From assembly GCA_965243205.1 (NCBI GenBank), contig CBDEUK010000002.1, positions 1,376,001 to 1,440,000 of the forward strand: a stretch of 64,000 nt of DNA, written 5' to 3'. Source of the DNA: Gammaproteobacteria bacterium (lineage in GTDB: Bacteria > Pseudomonadota > Gammaproteobacteria > Eutrophobiales > Eutrophobiaceae). The notes beneath the pieces are model-generated. The model was not told the origin of the DNA. It saw only the letters and a program-made list of their open reading frames with translations, and searched no databases. This document shows, piece after piece, positions 32,611 to 42,998 of this stretch. Position 1 is the first letter of the stretch, and the number at the start of each line of letters is the position of its first letter. A program made the translations under genes and the position numbers.

Positions 32611-34449
32611 TTAATTTGTAAATCGTTTTATAACATTCAATAATTTTGTATCTTCAGGTGTTTCTTGCAAAGCAGTTTCCCAAACTTTTTTGGCACCTTC
32701 TTTATCACCTTTTACCCATAATACTTCACCCAAATGGGCTGCGATCTCAGGATCAGCGCGTAAAGCTATTGCTTGTTGTAGGTAATCAATAGCCTCATCT
32801 AAACGTCCCAAGCGATATAAAACCCATCCCATGCTATCCAATATAAAAAAATCTTTAGAGCTTAAATCGTAAGCACGTTTTATATAATCATAGGCCTCTT
32901 GATAGCGTTCGGTTCGATCAGCCAAGGTATACCCTAGAGCATTTAACGCTTGTGAATTATTCGGATCATTTTCTATCACTTGTTTTAAATCAGCTTCTAA
33001 GACATCTAATCGCCCCATTTTTTCAGCTAACATCGCACGAGCATATAACAAATCAGCATCATAACTTTGCTCTAATGCTTCGTTATAAACATCCATCGCT
33101 TGATTATTAAGCTTCTTATCAATAAGCATTTCAGCTTCGGCCTGTGTAATGATAGTCTGCTCTTGTTTAGAAGATGTTTGAATAGTTTTAAAGTGTTCAC
33201 GTGAATCTTTAATTCTACCTTGCTCTGCAATTAACATCCCTATTCGAATTTGAGAATCAAAATAATGTTGTCCCTTCTGAACTCCACCAAACCAAGTTTC
33301 AGCTTCTTTATAAAGTTTTTGCTCTTGAGTTATGCGTCCTAAATAGTAACCTGCTTCATCAGATTTCACACTGAACTTACTTAGGCGTATAAAGTATGGC
33401 TTTGCTTCTTCTAAACGATTCGCTTGTAGATGTAAAAAAGCTAAGGCATTAACCACATCAATATTTTCAGGGTGTTTGCTATCTAATTCTTCGAAAATCT
33501 TTTGTGCTTCTTCAAAGCGTTGTGCATCAGCAAGTAACCGTGCATGGACCAATTGAAGATTAAAACTTTCTGGCTGCTTTATTAGTTCTTGTTCTAACCA
33601 TGTAATCGCTTGAGTCTTTTTCTCTTGTTTTTGTAACAATGAAACGTAGGTAATTAAGGCACTTTCATTCTTAGGTTCTAACTCAATCACTTTCAATAAT
33701 AATTGTTCAGCTTTTTCTAAATCTCCTAAACGCGTAACAACATTGGCATAAGCGAATAAAGCTTTAGGATCAGATTGCCGTTGCTCCATTAAACGTTCCA
33801 TCACACTAACAACCGTCTTTTCGTTTTCCTCACGCCCTAACATATTGGCGATCATCCACAATTTTTGATCAAACTCACCATCACCATTTTCGATAATATC
33901 TTCTAAATGATTAACTGCTTTCTCGACCTCACCATTACGTATCGCCATAACAGCGAGTATCTGTTGTGCATCCATACTTTTTGGATCAACTTGAAACCAA
34001 AGTTCGGCAGCTTCAGCAGCAGCTTGGTTATCTCTTGCATAGACTGCAATTCTTGCAGCTCGCTCTATAACTTTAGGATCACGTGTCTGACGTGCTAGTT
34101 GTAGATAATTTTCCACTGAAATATCTAACTTACCCCGATGTCCCGCAATTTCCGCTAGTAACAATTGATATAAAATATCTTGCGTCAATTCAACATCGGG
34201 ACGTTTGACTGGATCTTGAGTTTGTATTGCTGTGGGAATTCGAGATTCTGCCTCAGTTTGTTCCACTGACTTCTCAGAGACATGGGCATCTTGCTCGGGA
34301 ATCGGCTGCAAGACATTACATGCCGATAGCCAAAAGACAGCCGTTAAAAATAGAATAATCTTAGTTAACACGTTGTTCTCTACCATAATCAGCACCATAC
34401 GGCGTATGGATATAATTGACAATATTTTCATTATAGTTGTTCCAAACAA
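32611..34449 (-). CDS. Tetratricopeptide-repeat lipoprotein
   Basis: LSAC lipobox, LYQLLLAEIAG, ALNALGYTLAD, DSMGWVLYRLG, EIAAHLGEVLW; hemA/lolB context; true start probably further downstream. Confidence 0.88.
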   Translation of the reverse strand: MFGTTIMKILSIISIRRMVLIMVENNVLTKIILFLTAVFWLSACNVLQPIPEQDAHVSEKSVEQTEAESRIPTAIQTQDPVKRPDVELTQDILYQLLLAEIAGHRGKLDISVENYLQLARQTRDPKVIERAARIAVYARDNQAAAEAAELWFQVDPKSMDAQQILAVMAIRNGEVEKAVNHLEDIIENGDGEFDQKLWMIANMLGREENEKTVVSVMERLMEQRQSDPKALFAYANVVTRLGDLEKAEQLLLKVIELEPKNESALITYVSLLQKQEKKTQAITWLEQELIKQPESFNLQLVHARLLADAQRFEEAQKIFEELDSKHPENIDVVNALAFLHLQANRLEEAKPYFIRLSKFSVKSDEAGYYLGRITQEQKLYKEAETWFGGVQKGQHYFDSQIRIGMLIAEQGRIKDSREHFKTIQTSSKQEQTIITQAEAEMLIDKKLNNQAMDVYNEALEQSYDADLLYARAMLAEKMGRLDVLEADLKQVIENDPNNSQALNALGYTLADRTERYQEAYDYIKRAYDLSSKDFFILDSMGWVLYRLGRLDEAIDYLQQAIALRADPEIAAHLGEVLWVKGDKEGAKKVWETALQETPEDTKLLNVIKRFTN

Positions 34450-34563
34450 ATCTCAATATAGATTAGATATCGGCAAGATTCCTGCAGATATTGAACTGAT
34501 ATTTACGTCCAATACAGCTACAATGAGGACAAGAGTTATTGCAATGTTAAATGAATTTTATAT

Positions 34564-35844
34564 ATGAGTATCCTAGCACTGGGGATTAACCACACGACTG
34601 CTCCCATTGAATTACGTGAAAAGTTGAGCATCAATGAGGAAGATCTGCCTTTAGCTTTGAGAGAATTCATAAAGCTCGATCAAGTTAACGAAGCCGCTAT
34701 TTTATCAACTTGCAACCGTACTGAGATATATTGCAGTCATGAAGCTATAAAACCAGAAAAGCCGATTGAATGGTTATCCAGTTACCATGGTTTAAATGGA
34801 CAGGAAATAAAACCATTATTTTATACTCACCCAGATTCAGATGCTGTAAAACACTTACTTAGAGTCGCTAGCGGACTGGATTCAATGGTGCTAGGTGAAC
34901 CTCAAGTTCTAGGACAACTAAAAAACGCTTATCAAACTGCCCTGGACAGTGGTTATATCGGCAAACATTTAAATCGTCTATTTCAACACTCTTTTCATGT
35001 TGCCAAAGTCATTCGTAGCCAAACAGAAATTGGCGCCCATCCAGTTTCAGTAGCATTTGCTGCTGTACGAATGGCTCAACAAATCTTTGGTGACCTAGAA
35101 AAACAAACCGTTTTACTGATTGGGGCGGGTGAAACTACAGAACTTGTTGCCAGACATTTACATGATAAAAACTGTCAGAAATTAATCGTAGCAAATAGAA
35201 CCGTTGAGCGAGCTCAAAAATTAGCGTCTGAATTTTCCGGCTATGCTATTACGCTATCAGACATACCTAACCATTTGCCTGAAGCCGATATCATCATCAC
35301 CTCAACCGCGAGCCAATTACCAATTTTAGGCAAAGGCGCCATCGAAAGCGCTATTAAAAAACGTAAACATCGACCAGTTTTTATTGTGGATCTGGCCGTT
35401 CCTCGCGACGTCGAACCTGAAGTCGGAAACTTGAACGACGTTTATCTATATACTGTTGATGATTTAAAAGATGTAGTACAAGAAAACTTAAATAACCGTA
35501 AACAAGCGGCGATTCAGGCGGAACAAATTATTGATACTCAAGTGAATGAGTTTATGGATTGGTTCAATTCACTTACAGCAATCTCAACCATTACCTCACT
35601 TCGAGAACATGCTGAAAAAATTCAATCCGAAACCACTGAATGGGCTTTAAAACGTATCCAAGAAGGAGCCGATGCAGAGTCCATCGTCAAAGAAACAACT
35701 CGTTTACTGACCAATAAATTAATTCATAAACCCAGCAGTCAATTACGCGAGGCCAGTGCTGATGGCCGTGAGGATCTGCTTGCGGCTGCCCATGAATTAT
35801 TTTCTCTCTCACCAGAAACTAAAAAACCGACCAAAAAAGATTAG
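34564..35844 (+). CDS. hemA: Glutamyl-tRNA reductase
   Basis: GINHTTAP, STCNRTE, GLDSMVLGEPQ, DLAVPRD. Confidence 0.97.
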   Translation: MSILALGINHTTAPIELREKLSINEEDLPLALREFIKLDQVNEAAILSTCNRTEIYCSHEAIKPEKPIEWLSSYHGLNGQEIKPLFYTHPDSDAVKHLLRVASGLDSMVLGEPQVLGQLKNAYQTALDSGYIGKHLNRLFQHSFHVAKVIRSQTEIGAHPVSVAFAAVRMAQQIFGDLEKQTVLLIGAGETTELVARHLHDKNCQKLIVANRTVERAQKLASEFSGYAITLSDIPNHLPEADIIITSTASQLPILGKGAIESAIKKRKHRPVFIVDLAVPRDVEPEVGNLNDVYLYTVDDLKDVVQENLNNRKQAAIQAEQIIDTQVNEFMDWFNSLTAISTITSLREHAEKIQSETTEWALKRIQEGADAESIVKETTRLLTNKLIHKPSSQLREASADGREDLLAAAHELFSLSPETKKPTKKD

Positions 35845-35902
35845 CTCATCTGCTAATCGCTGTTTAGAATCCGCTATCCGATTAAAGGTGCCATAAACCA
35901 AC

Positions 35903-36985
35903 ATGAAACAAAGTCTGTTAGATAAATTAGAAAAACTTGATGAACGTCTGATTGAAATTGATGCGTTAATGTCCGATCCCGATACAATTAACAATCAAAA
36001 TAAATTTCGTGAAATCTCCAAAGAACGAGCAGAAATTGATCCTATTGTTCAATGTTTTAAAAACTATAGAGGTGTAACGGATACTATTGAGACCGCCAAG
36101 GAAATGTTAAAAGATGGCGATGCTGAAATACGCGAAATGGCGCAAGAAGAATTGAAAGAAGCGCAAACACAAAACGAAGAATTGGAACTCGAATTACAAA
36201 AACTATTACTTCCCAAAGACCCAGCCGATAACAGTAATATCTTTTTAGAAATACGTGCAGGCACAGGTGGTGAAGAAGCTGCTTTATTCTCAGGTGATTT
36301 AATGCGTATGTATACACGTTATGCTGAAAGCCGCAAATGGCAAATAGAAGTCATTAATTTGGCTGAAAGTGATTTGGCTGGTTATAAAGAAATCATTTTA
36401 CGTGTGATCGGTGAAGGTGCTTATTCACGTTTAAAATTTGAATCTGGCGCTCATCGCGTACAACGCGTTCCTGAAACGGAATCACAAGGCCGTATCCATA
36501 CTTCAGCATGTACTGTCGCCGTGTTACCTGAATTGGATGAAGTTGAAGAGATTGATATCAATCCTGCCGATTTACGCATTGATACCTTTCGTGCTTCAGG
36601 CGCTGGAGGACAACATGTCAACAAAACTGATTCGGCGATTCGCATTACTCATATTCCGACCAACACTGTTGTTGAATGCCAAGACGAACGTTCACAACAT
36701 AAAAACAAAGCACGTGCGATGTCTTTATTATCCGCTCGATTGATGAATGCTGAACGTGAAAAACAATCTTCCGAGCAAGCAGAAAATCGTCGTAACCTTG
36801 TAGGCAGTGGCGATCGTTCAGAACGCATTCGTACTTACAACTACCCACAAGGCCGTATTACTGATCATCGTATTAATTTAACCGTGTATAAACTCGATGA
36901 ATTTATGGAAGGCAGTTTGGATATGATCATTGAACCATTGATTAACGAGTATCAAGCGGATCAACTTGCGACATTAAATGAATAA
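35903..36985 (+). CDS. prfA: Peptide chain release factor 1
   Basis: PET recognition motif (RVPETES), GGQ motif. Confidence 0.97.
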   Translation: MKQSLLDKLEKLDERLIEIDALMSDPDTINNQNKFREISKERAEIDPIVQCFKNYRGVTDTIETAKEMLKDGDAEIREMAQEELKEAQTQNEELELELQKLLLPKDPADNSNIFLEIRAGTGGEEAALFSGDLMRMYTRYAESRKWQIEVINLAESDLAGYKEIILRVIGEGAYSRLKFESGAHRVQRVPETESQGRIHTSACTVAVLPELDEVEEIDINPADLRIDTFRASGAGGQHVNKTDSAIRITHIPTNTVVECQDERSQHKNKARAMSLLSARLMNAEREKQSSEQAENRRNLVGSGDRSERIRTYNYPQGRITDHRINLTVYKLDEFMEGSLDMIIEPLINEYQADQLATLNE

Positions 36986-36990
36986 ATATT

Positions 36991-37830
36991 TTGTCTGCAT
37001 CTATATCATCATTGCTAAACACGGCCATTGAAACACTTTCATCAAGCGACTCTGCTCGGATAGACGCTGAAATATTATTAATGCATGTAATCGATAAAGA
37101 TCGTAGCTATATTTACGCCCACAGCGAAGATTTTCTTGAACCTTCTCAAATCAACACCTTTGATAACCTAATCCAACAAAGATCCAAAGGTGTGCCTATA
37201 GCTTATTTAACAGGTACAAAAGAATTCTGGTCTCGAAAATTTCATGTCACAAAAGACACCTTAATTCCAAGACCAGAAACTGAACTACTCATAGAAACCG
37301 TTTTAAAACTTGCCAATAAAAATGACGAGTTAAATATCCTTGATTTAGGTACAGGTACTGGTGCAATAGCAATTACTTTAGCCAAAGAATTACCACTAGC
37401 ATCACTAACTGCTACAGATATATCTTTTCATACATTAAACGTTGCAAAACGCAATGCTGAATATCATCAAATCAATAATATTGATCTCCATGTCAGTGAT
37501 TGGTTTAGTCATATTAAAGATAAGACATTTAATTTTATCATTAGTAATCCACCTTATATCAGTGAATCTGATCCACATTTACAACAAGGGGATGTACAGT
37601 TTGAACCAATCAGTGCATTAACATCAGGCAAAAATGGTTTAGATGATCTAACGACGATTATTACTCAAGCACAGAATTATTTAGAGTCAGATGGTTATTT
37701 ACTCGTTGAACACGGTTTTCAACAAGGCAAAGATGTTACGATTTTAATGGAACAAGAAAATTATCAATCTATACATGCATTATATGATTTAGCCGGTCAT
37801 CATAGAGCGACAATGGCTATGAAAAAATAA
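36991..37830 (+). CDS. prmC: Release factor glutamine methyltransferase
   Basis: LIPRPETE, DLGTGTG, SNPPY. Confidence 0.95.
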   Translation: MSASISSLLNTAIETLSSSDSARIDAEILLMHVIDKDRSYIYAHSEDFLEPSQINTFDNLIQQRSKGVPIAYLTGTKEFWSRKFHVTKDTLIPRPETELLIETVLKLANKNDELNILDLGTGTGAIAITLAKELPLASLTATDISFHTLNVAKRNAEYHQINNIDLHVSDWFSHIKDKTFNFIISNPPYISESDPHLQQGDVQFEPISALTSGKNGLDDLTTIITQAQNYLESDGYLLVEHGFQQGKDVTILMEQENYQSIHALYDLAGHHRATMAMKK

Positions 37831-37851
37831 TCAGCACGGTATGATCCTAAT

Positions 37852-38595
37852 ATGAACGAAGAACAATTATTACGATACAGCCGACAAATGATGTTGCCAG
37901 AGATTGATGCTGCAGGTCAGTTAAGACTTGCTGATAGCAAAGTATTAATCATAGGCTTGGGCGGACTTGGATCTTCGGCATCCATGTATTTATGCAGCGG
38001 CGGCGTTGGTGAACTAAGCTTAGTCGATTTTGACACCGTTGAGTTATCCAACCTGCAACGTCAAATTGTTCATACCACACTTAATATTGGTAAACCCAAA
38101 GTTGAATCAGCCAAAACTCAACTTAATGCTATCAATCCTGATATCCATATTAATACCATCAATAAAAAATTAGAATTTGATGAACTCTCAGCTCTCATTC
38201 AACAACATGATCTCGTACTAGATTGTTCAGATAATTTTCAAACCCGTTTTGAAATTAACAAAGCCTGTGTGACTCATAAAAAACCTTTAGTTTCTGCAGC
38301 AGCAATTCGTTTTGAAGCACAAGTAAGCGTGTTTGATCTAAGAAACGAAACCTCACCATGTTATCGTTGTTTATATGATGAAACTTCTTTTACCGATCAA
38401 ACCTGTACGGCCAATGGCGTGATTGCACCTTTGTTAGGTATTGTTGGTAGCATTCAAGCTTTGGAAGCAATGAAGTTGATAATGGATATTGGTGAAGTAC
38501 TTATTGGAAAATTACTGTTGTTCGATGCCTTATCGATGGAATGGCATGTTGCTAAACTCAATAAAGATACATCTTGTCCAATTTGTAGTTCTTAA
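37852..38595 (+). CDS. moeB: Molybdopterin-synthase adenylyltransferase MoeB (ThiF family)
   Basis: RYSRQ, GLGGLG, SNLQRQ, DNF, CYRC, CPIC; follows prmC. Confidence 0.88.
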   Translation: MNEEQLLRYSRQMMLPEIDAAGQLRLADSKVLIIGLGGLGSSASMYLCSGGVGELSLVDFDTVELSNLQRQIVHTTLNIGKPKVESAKTQLNAINPDIHINTINKKLEFDELSALIQQHDLVLDCSDNFQTRFEINKACVTHKKPLVSAAAIRFEAQVSVFDLRNETSPCYRCLYDETSFTDQTCTANGVIAPLLGIVGSIQALEAMKLIMDIGEVLIGKLLLFDALSMEWHVAKLNKDTSCPICSS

Positions 38596-38612
38596 GACCA
38601 AGCTAATAGTAT

Positions 38613-39566
38613 ATGAAGTACGACAACAGTCTTGACGCATTAATCAAACCTGGTAGTTCTGATCATTTTTTTCAATTTGAAACTTTTCCTCACTTATATT
38701 TAAACAGTCATCAGTTTGAAACCAGTAATGCGTGTTTATTAGCTGAACTGTGTCGTTTAATATATCGTAATGATCAATCGATTTATTCTGGATCAGAAAA
38801 AATTTCTTTTCTGAATACTGTTTTAAAATCCGTTAACATCGAGTGGCTTGATTGTTTTCAAAATGATGAACATTCTGTTTATGCATGGTTATTAAAAACT
38901 TCCGCTTATGACATACAAAAAAAACAAACAGTAGATTGTTTAATATTAATCTTTCGTGGCAGTAACAGCATTGATAATTGGAAACTCAATGCCAATGCAA
39001 AACTAACTTCTCATCACACTCAAGGAAATGTTCATCAAGGATTTCTAAAAGCATTCGAGTCTATAAAAAAATTATTAGACAAGAGCGATGACTTGCATAA
39101 ACTTCCAATTATTGTAGCAGGTCACAGTTTGGGAGCAGCGCTTGCCTTATTAACCATGGCTGAGTTTCAAACACATTTTTCGTTTGATAGTTGTTATTCT
39201 TTTGGTTCACCTAAAATTGGTGACCGTAGTTTTATAGAAACATTAGAATCAAATGATATATATCGAATTATTAATCGAAACGACATCATCACGATGCTGC
39301 CGTTTGATTTTTTAAACTCTCAATATCAGCACGTAGGTGAATCACATTATTTTACGGAAGAAAAACATTTCATTGGTTATCTCGAAGACAGCATCTTTTC
39401 GATGCAGCAAGATGATTTACCGAATATAAAAAAAATAAACTCTATTGAAGGTTTTCTTTTAATGTTTAAAAACCTCGAGCGGGATATACCGACTTATCTA
39501 TCAGATCATGCTCCGATTAACTATTTAGTAAGACTCAATAAACAGTTCGAATCTTTAAAAAACTAG
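38613..39566 (+). CDS. Class 3 lipase family protein
   Basis: FRGS, VHQGF, GHSLGAALA nucleophile elbow, FGSPKIG, DIITMLP, DH. Confidence 0.85.
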   Translation: MKYDNSLDALIKPGSSDHFFQFETFPHLYLNSHQFETSNACLLAELCRLIYRNDQSIYSGSEKISFLNTVLKSVNIEWLDCFQNDEHSVYAWLLKTSAYDIQKKQTVDCLILIFRGSNSIDNWKLNANAKLTSHHTQGNVHQGFLKAFESIKKLLDKSDDLHKLPIIVAGHSLGAALALLTMAEFQTHFSFDSCYSFGSPKIGDRSFIETLESNDIYRIINRNDIITMLPFDFLNSQYQHVGESHYFTEEKHFIGYLEDSIFSMQQDDLPNIKKINSIEGFLLMFKNLERDIPTYLSDHAPINYLVRLNKQFESLKN

Positions 39567-39573
39567 ACGTTGC

Positions 39574-40974
39574 TTAAACCGCCATATCCAATTCTTTGAT
39601 CTTACGTGTCAGAGTATTTCTTCCCCAACCTAATAACTTCGCTGCATCTTGGCGTCGACCACCAGTTTTTTGTAAGGCGACATCAATCATAATTTTTTCA
39701 AACATAGGCACTGCTTCAGACAATATATCGGAATTACCTTTCGATAAACTTTGCTCTACCCAACGACGTAAGCCACTTTGCCAATCACCATCTTCGGTCC
39801 TAGTTTGTTCATGATCTTTTAATTCTGGTGGTAAGTCTTCGATATGAATCTCATGTCCAGAAGCCATTACTGTTATCCAACGACAAAAGTTCTCTAACTG
39901 TCTGACATTACCTGGCCACTCTAATGCATTTAAAAATTCCTGAGTCTCCGGCATGATCATTTTAGAATCGATCTTTAATTCATTCGCTGATGCACGTAAA
40001 AAATGATCAGTTAATTCAGAGATATCTTCTCGACGTTCGCGTAATGGTGGTACATGTACACGAATAACATTCAAACGATGAAATAAATCTTCTCTAAACT
40101 CACCTGAATTAACACGGTTTTCTAAATTTTGATGAGTCGCTGCAATGATTCGCACATCCGAACGTATTGGCATATGCCCACCAACTCGATAAAACTCACC
40201 ATCCGCCAACACACGCAGTAAACGAGTTTGTAAATCCGCAGGCATATCACCGATTTCATCTAAAAATAGTGTTCCGCCATTGGCTTGTTGAAAACGACCA
40301 ACCCTTTGGCTCGTCGCGCCTGTAAATGCACCTTTTTCATGACCAAACAATTCAGATTCTAATAATTCTTTAGGAATCGCTGCAGTATTTAATGCTATGA
40401 ATGGGTTTTCCGCACGTGGACTGTGTTGATGTAAGGCCTTTGCGACTAATTCTTTTCCAGTACCAGATTCACCTGTAATCAGAACCGTTAAGTTTGAACT
40501 GGATAATCGGCCTATTGCTCTGAATACCTCTTGCATTGCTGGCGCTGAACCTAAGATTTCCTTATCAGTATCATCACTTTTTTTGGGCAAACTGGTTTCT
40601 ATAAGTTCACGTTCTGCTAAGGCTCTTTGTACAAGGTTAACTAATTCATCAATATCAAATGGTTTAGAAAGATATTCGAACGCACCACCTTGAAATGCCG
40701 AGACCGCTCTATCTAAATCGGAATACGCAGTCATGATGATGACTGGTACATTTGGAGCCATATCTTTAATTTGACCTAATAATTCAATGCCATCGGTATC
40801 AGGCATGCGAATATCAGAGATAATCGCTTGCGGGCAGCTACTTTTAAGTTGTTCTAAAACATGGTTACCATTCTCAAAACTCATAGTCTTTATTTCAGCC
40901 TTTTCGAGGGCTTTTTCTAATACCCAGCGAATTGACCGATCATCATCAACGACCCAAACTTCCTGCTTACTCAT
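39574..40974 (-). CDS. glnG: Nitrogen regulation response regulator NtrC
   Basis: VVDDDRSIRW, GESGTGKE, GAFTGA, LGWGRNTLTRK helix-turn-helix; start ATG 40974 (MSKQEV). Confidence 0.96.
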   Translation of the reverse strand: MSKQEVWVVDDDRSIRWVLEKALEKAEIKTMSFENGNHVLEQLKSSCPQAIISDIRMPDTDGIELLGQIKDMAPNVPVIIMTAYSDLDRAVSAFQGGAFEYLSKPFDIDELVNLVQRALAERELIETSLPKKSDDTDKEILGSAPAMQEVFRAIGRLSSSNLTVLITGESGTGKELVAKALHQHSPRAENPFIALNTAAIPKELLESELFGHEKGAFTGATSQRVGRFQQANGGTLFLDEIGDMPADLQTRLLRVLADGEFYRVGGHMPIRSDVRIIAATHQNLENRVNSGEFREDLFHRLNVIRVHVPPLRERREDISELTDHFLRASANELKIDSKMIMPETQEFLNALEWPGNVRQLENFCRWITVMASGHEIHIEDLPPELKDHEQTRTEDGDWQSGLRRWVEQSLSKGNSDILSEAVPMFEKIMIDVALQKTGGRRQDAAKLLGWGRNTLTRKIKELDMAV

Positions 40975-42037
40975 CTGTTGAATCTCTCCATGGAATGAGG
41001 ACGGTGAAAGTGGTTTTATGTTGGTTGCGATTGTATTCAATGATTCCTCCATGCTTTTGTACAAGCGATTGGGCGATTGGAAGTCCAAGACCAGTGCCCT
41101 CTGCTCGGGTAGTGATCATTGGGTAAAAAATTCTATCAACAAGGTTTTCATCTACGCCTGGGCCATCATCGATAATGTCTATTCTGATGCAAAGTTTATG
41201 CAATTGATGTGCGATAGTGACTTTATGCGTAGCCCTGGTTTTTATAATGATTTGGCCTTGATTATTAACAGCCTGATTAGCGTTACGTAGTAAATTTAAA
41301 AATACTTGCACCAAACTTTCCCGATCGACAAATATTTCGGGCAAACTTGGATCATAATCAGAGATAAACTGACTACTGATATCTTTCTCTGCATGAAGCA
41401 AATGCAGTACATATTGTAATATTTCGTGAATATTCTCTTCAGCAAATGAAAGTTCTTTATCCGGCGTTAAAATTTTATCGACTAAGTTACGTAACCTATC
41501 GGCTTCATTGATAACAATATCGGTATACTCTTTCAGCCCATCTTCTTCTAACTCTTGCCTTAACAATTGCGCAGCACCACGAATACCACCCAGTGGATTC
41601 TTAATTTCATGAGCTAATGCCCTGCCCAGTTCTTTCGTGGTTAAATTTTGAGAAATCAATGTTTCCTCACGAGCAATTCGGTTATAAAAATTACTATTCG
41701 TCATCTCGACCAACACATGTTTGCCTGACTTTTTAACGTTTATAGGCGTAAAGACACAGTCAACTGTAATCTTTTTCTCATTCAACAATTCAATTTCCAT
41801 AGCCCACTCGGAGTACGGAGAACCTGTTTCAAACGACCGTTGTAGTAATCCAGAAAATGCATTCTTTCCAGGAATGATGTGTTCAACTTTCATCCCTTTC
41901 ATCTGGCGCTGACTAACAGACAGCAAATCTTCTGCAGCAGCATTCATGAGGCCTAGACGAAATGCTTCATCAAATAACAACACAGCGGTTGTTAGATGCT
42001 CGCCAACTACTCCTGCTAAAGCCCCAGAATTAAACAT
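40967..42037 (-). CDS. glnL: Nitrogen regulation sensor kinase NtrB
   Basis: PAS domain, LAHEIKNPLGGIRGAAQLL, DYDPSLP, DDGPG, GTGLGL. Confidence 0.95.
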   Translation of the reverse strand: MFNSGALAGVVGEHLTTAVLLFDEAFRLGLMNAAAEDLLSVSQRQMKGMKVEHIIPGKNAFSGLLQRSFETGSPYSEWAMEIELLNEKKITVDCVFTPINVKKSGKHVLVEMTNSNFYNRIAREETLISQNLTTKELGRALAHEIKNPLGGIRGAAQLLRQELEEDGLKEYTDIVINEADRLRNLVDKILTPDKELSFAEENIHEILQYVLHLLHAEKDISSQFISDYDPSLPEIFVDRESLVQVFLNLLRNANQAVNNQGQIIIKTRATHKVTIAHQLHKLCIRIDIIDDGPGVDENLVDRIFYPMITTRAEGTGLGLPIAQSLVQKHGGIIEYNRNQHKTTFTVLIPWRDSTDE

Positions 42038-42051
42038 AACTCATATATTAT

Positions 42052-42068
42052 TGCACCAAATTAGTGCG
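42052..42068. promoter_or_regulatory. NtrC binding site (autorepression of ntrBC)
   Basis: TGCACCAAATTAGTGCG matches TGCAC-N7-GTGCA, 14 bp upstream of the ntrB start. Confidence 0.8.
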
Positions 42069-42230
42069 AATTATAGATATTTATTTAGTATTTACAGATT
42101 CAGCTTATTTTTTTACTAATAAATTCAATGATTTAAAAAACATAAAAAAATAGCTAATTACTCTATATCATAAAGAGCAATAACTAGACCATATTGGGGC
42201 AAGCTTGGTCTGATTGATGGATGGAAGTAA

Positions 42231-42812
42231 TTAGTTGGTGGGGCGATTAATGATTGAAATGCGCTGTAAATGCACAGTAACACTATTGGATTCAAAGATA
42301 CTTTTACCAGCAGCAGATTTAATTTTAGCTTGTAAGGTGTGAGTACCACGATCTACATTTGCTAAATCGAAAGATAATTGACGACCGCTTGCTACTTCAG
42401 CTCCGTCCATATACAACGCCACAGTATCATTACCACGCAACTCAGGCTCCAACGTTAATAATATTGTCATTGCCCCTGTATTTTCTCGAATATTTTCATC
42501 GTTTTTAGGACTCACAATGCTGAAATTATTGTATTTTGGTAATTCTTTTATCGTATTGGATGCAGAGCCAGCAGGAGCTGCACCGACATTTTCTCTAGGC
42601 ACTGTTTGAATATCTTGAATGATAATTTTTTCTGCATTCTTCGATGGTTGATCAGAAAACACAGGATTACCGTCTTTATCACGAGTGACAAAGATCTCAG
42701 TAGCAATAGCGTTGATTGATAGAGAGACAGCAATGATAGATAGACCAATACAACAAATACCTTTGTTAAATCGTGTTTTCATAAATGCTTTGTCTCTGCT
42801 ATTTGAATTCAT
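42231..42812 (-). CDS. DUF4124 domain exported protein
   Basis: Signal peptide, RDKDGNPVFSDQP, Ig-like C-terminus (NVDRGTHTL); this family commonly lies between glnA and ntrB. Confidence 0.8.
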   Translation of the reverse strand: MNSNSRDKAFMKTRFNKGICCIGLSIIAVSLSINAIATEIFVTRDKDGNPVFSDQPSKNAEKIIIQDIQTVPRENVGAAPAGSASNTIKELPKYNNFSIVSPKNDENIRENTGAMTILLTLEPELRGNDTVALYMDGAEVASGRQLSFDLANVDRGTHTLQAKIKSAAGKSIFESNSVTVHLQRISIINRPTN

Positions 42813-42998
42813 GGATCTTAATTGACCTTTGTTAAGTACACAAATAGTAAGACGAAAATAAATACATAAGGTTTCATTAAATAATCGAATAAAATTATTA
42901 ACTTATAGTGATATTTACTTTCTTTTCAGTCTGCTCTCACCTACTATTTTAACTATTGATACATTAATCTTACTTATCAATATTAAGAGGTCTTAAGT

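Noticed and set aside
40975-41088. Long N-terminal extensions of NtrC (also UbiE and RhlB) in the ORF track
   Set aside because: Artefacts of choosing the most upstream start; downstream starts match the family N-termini
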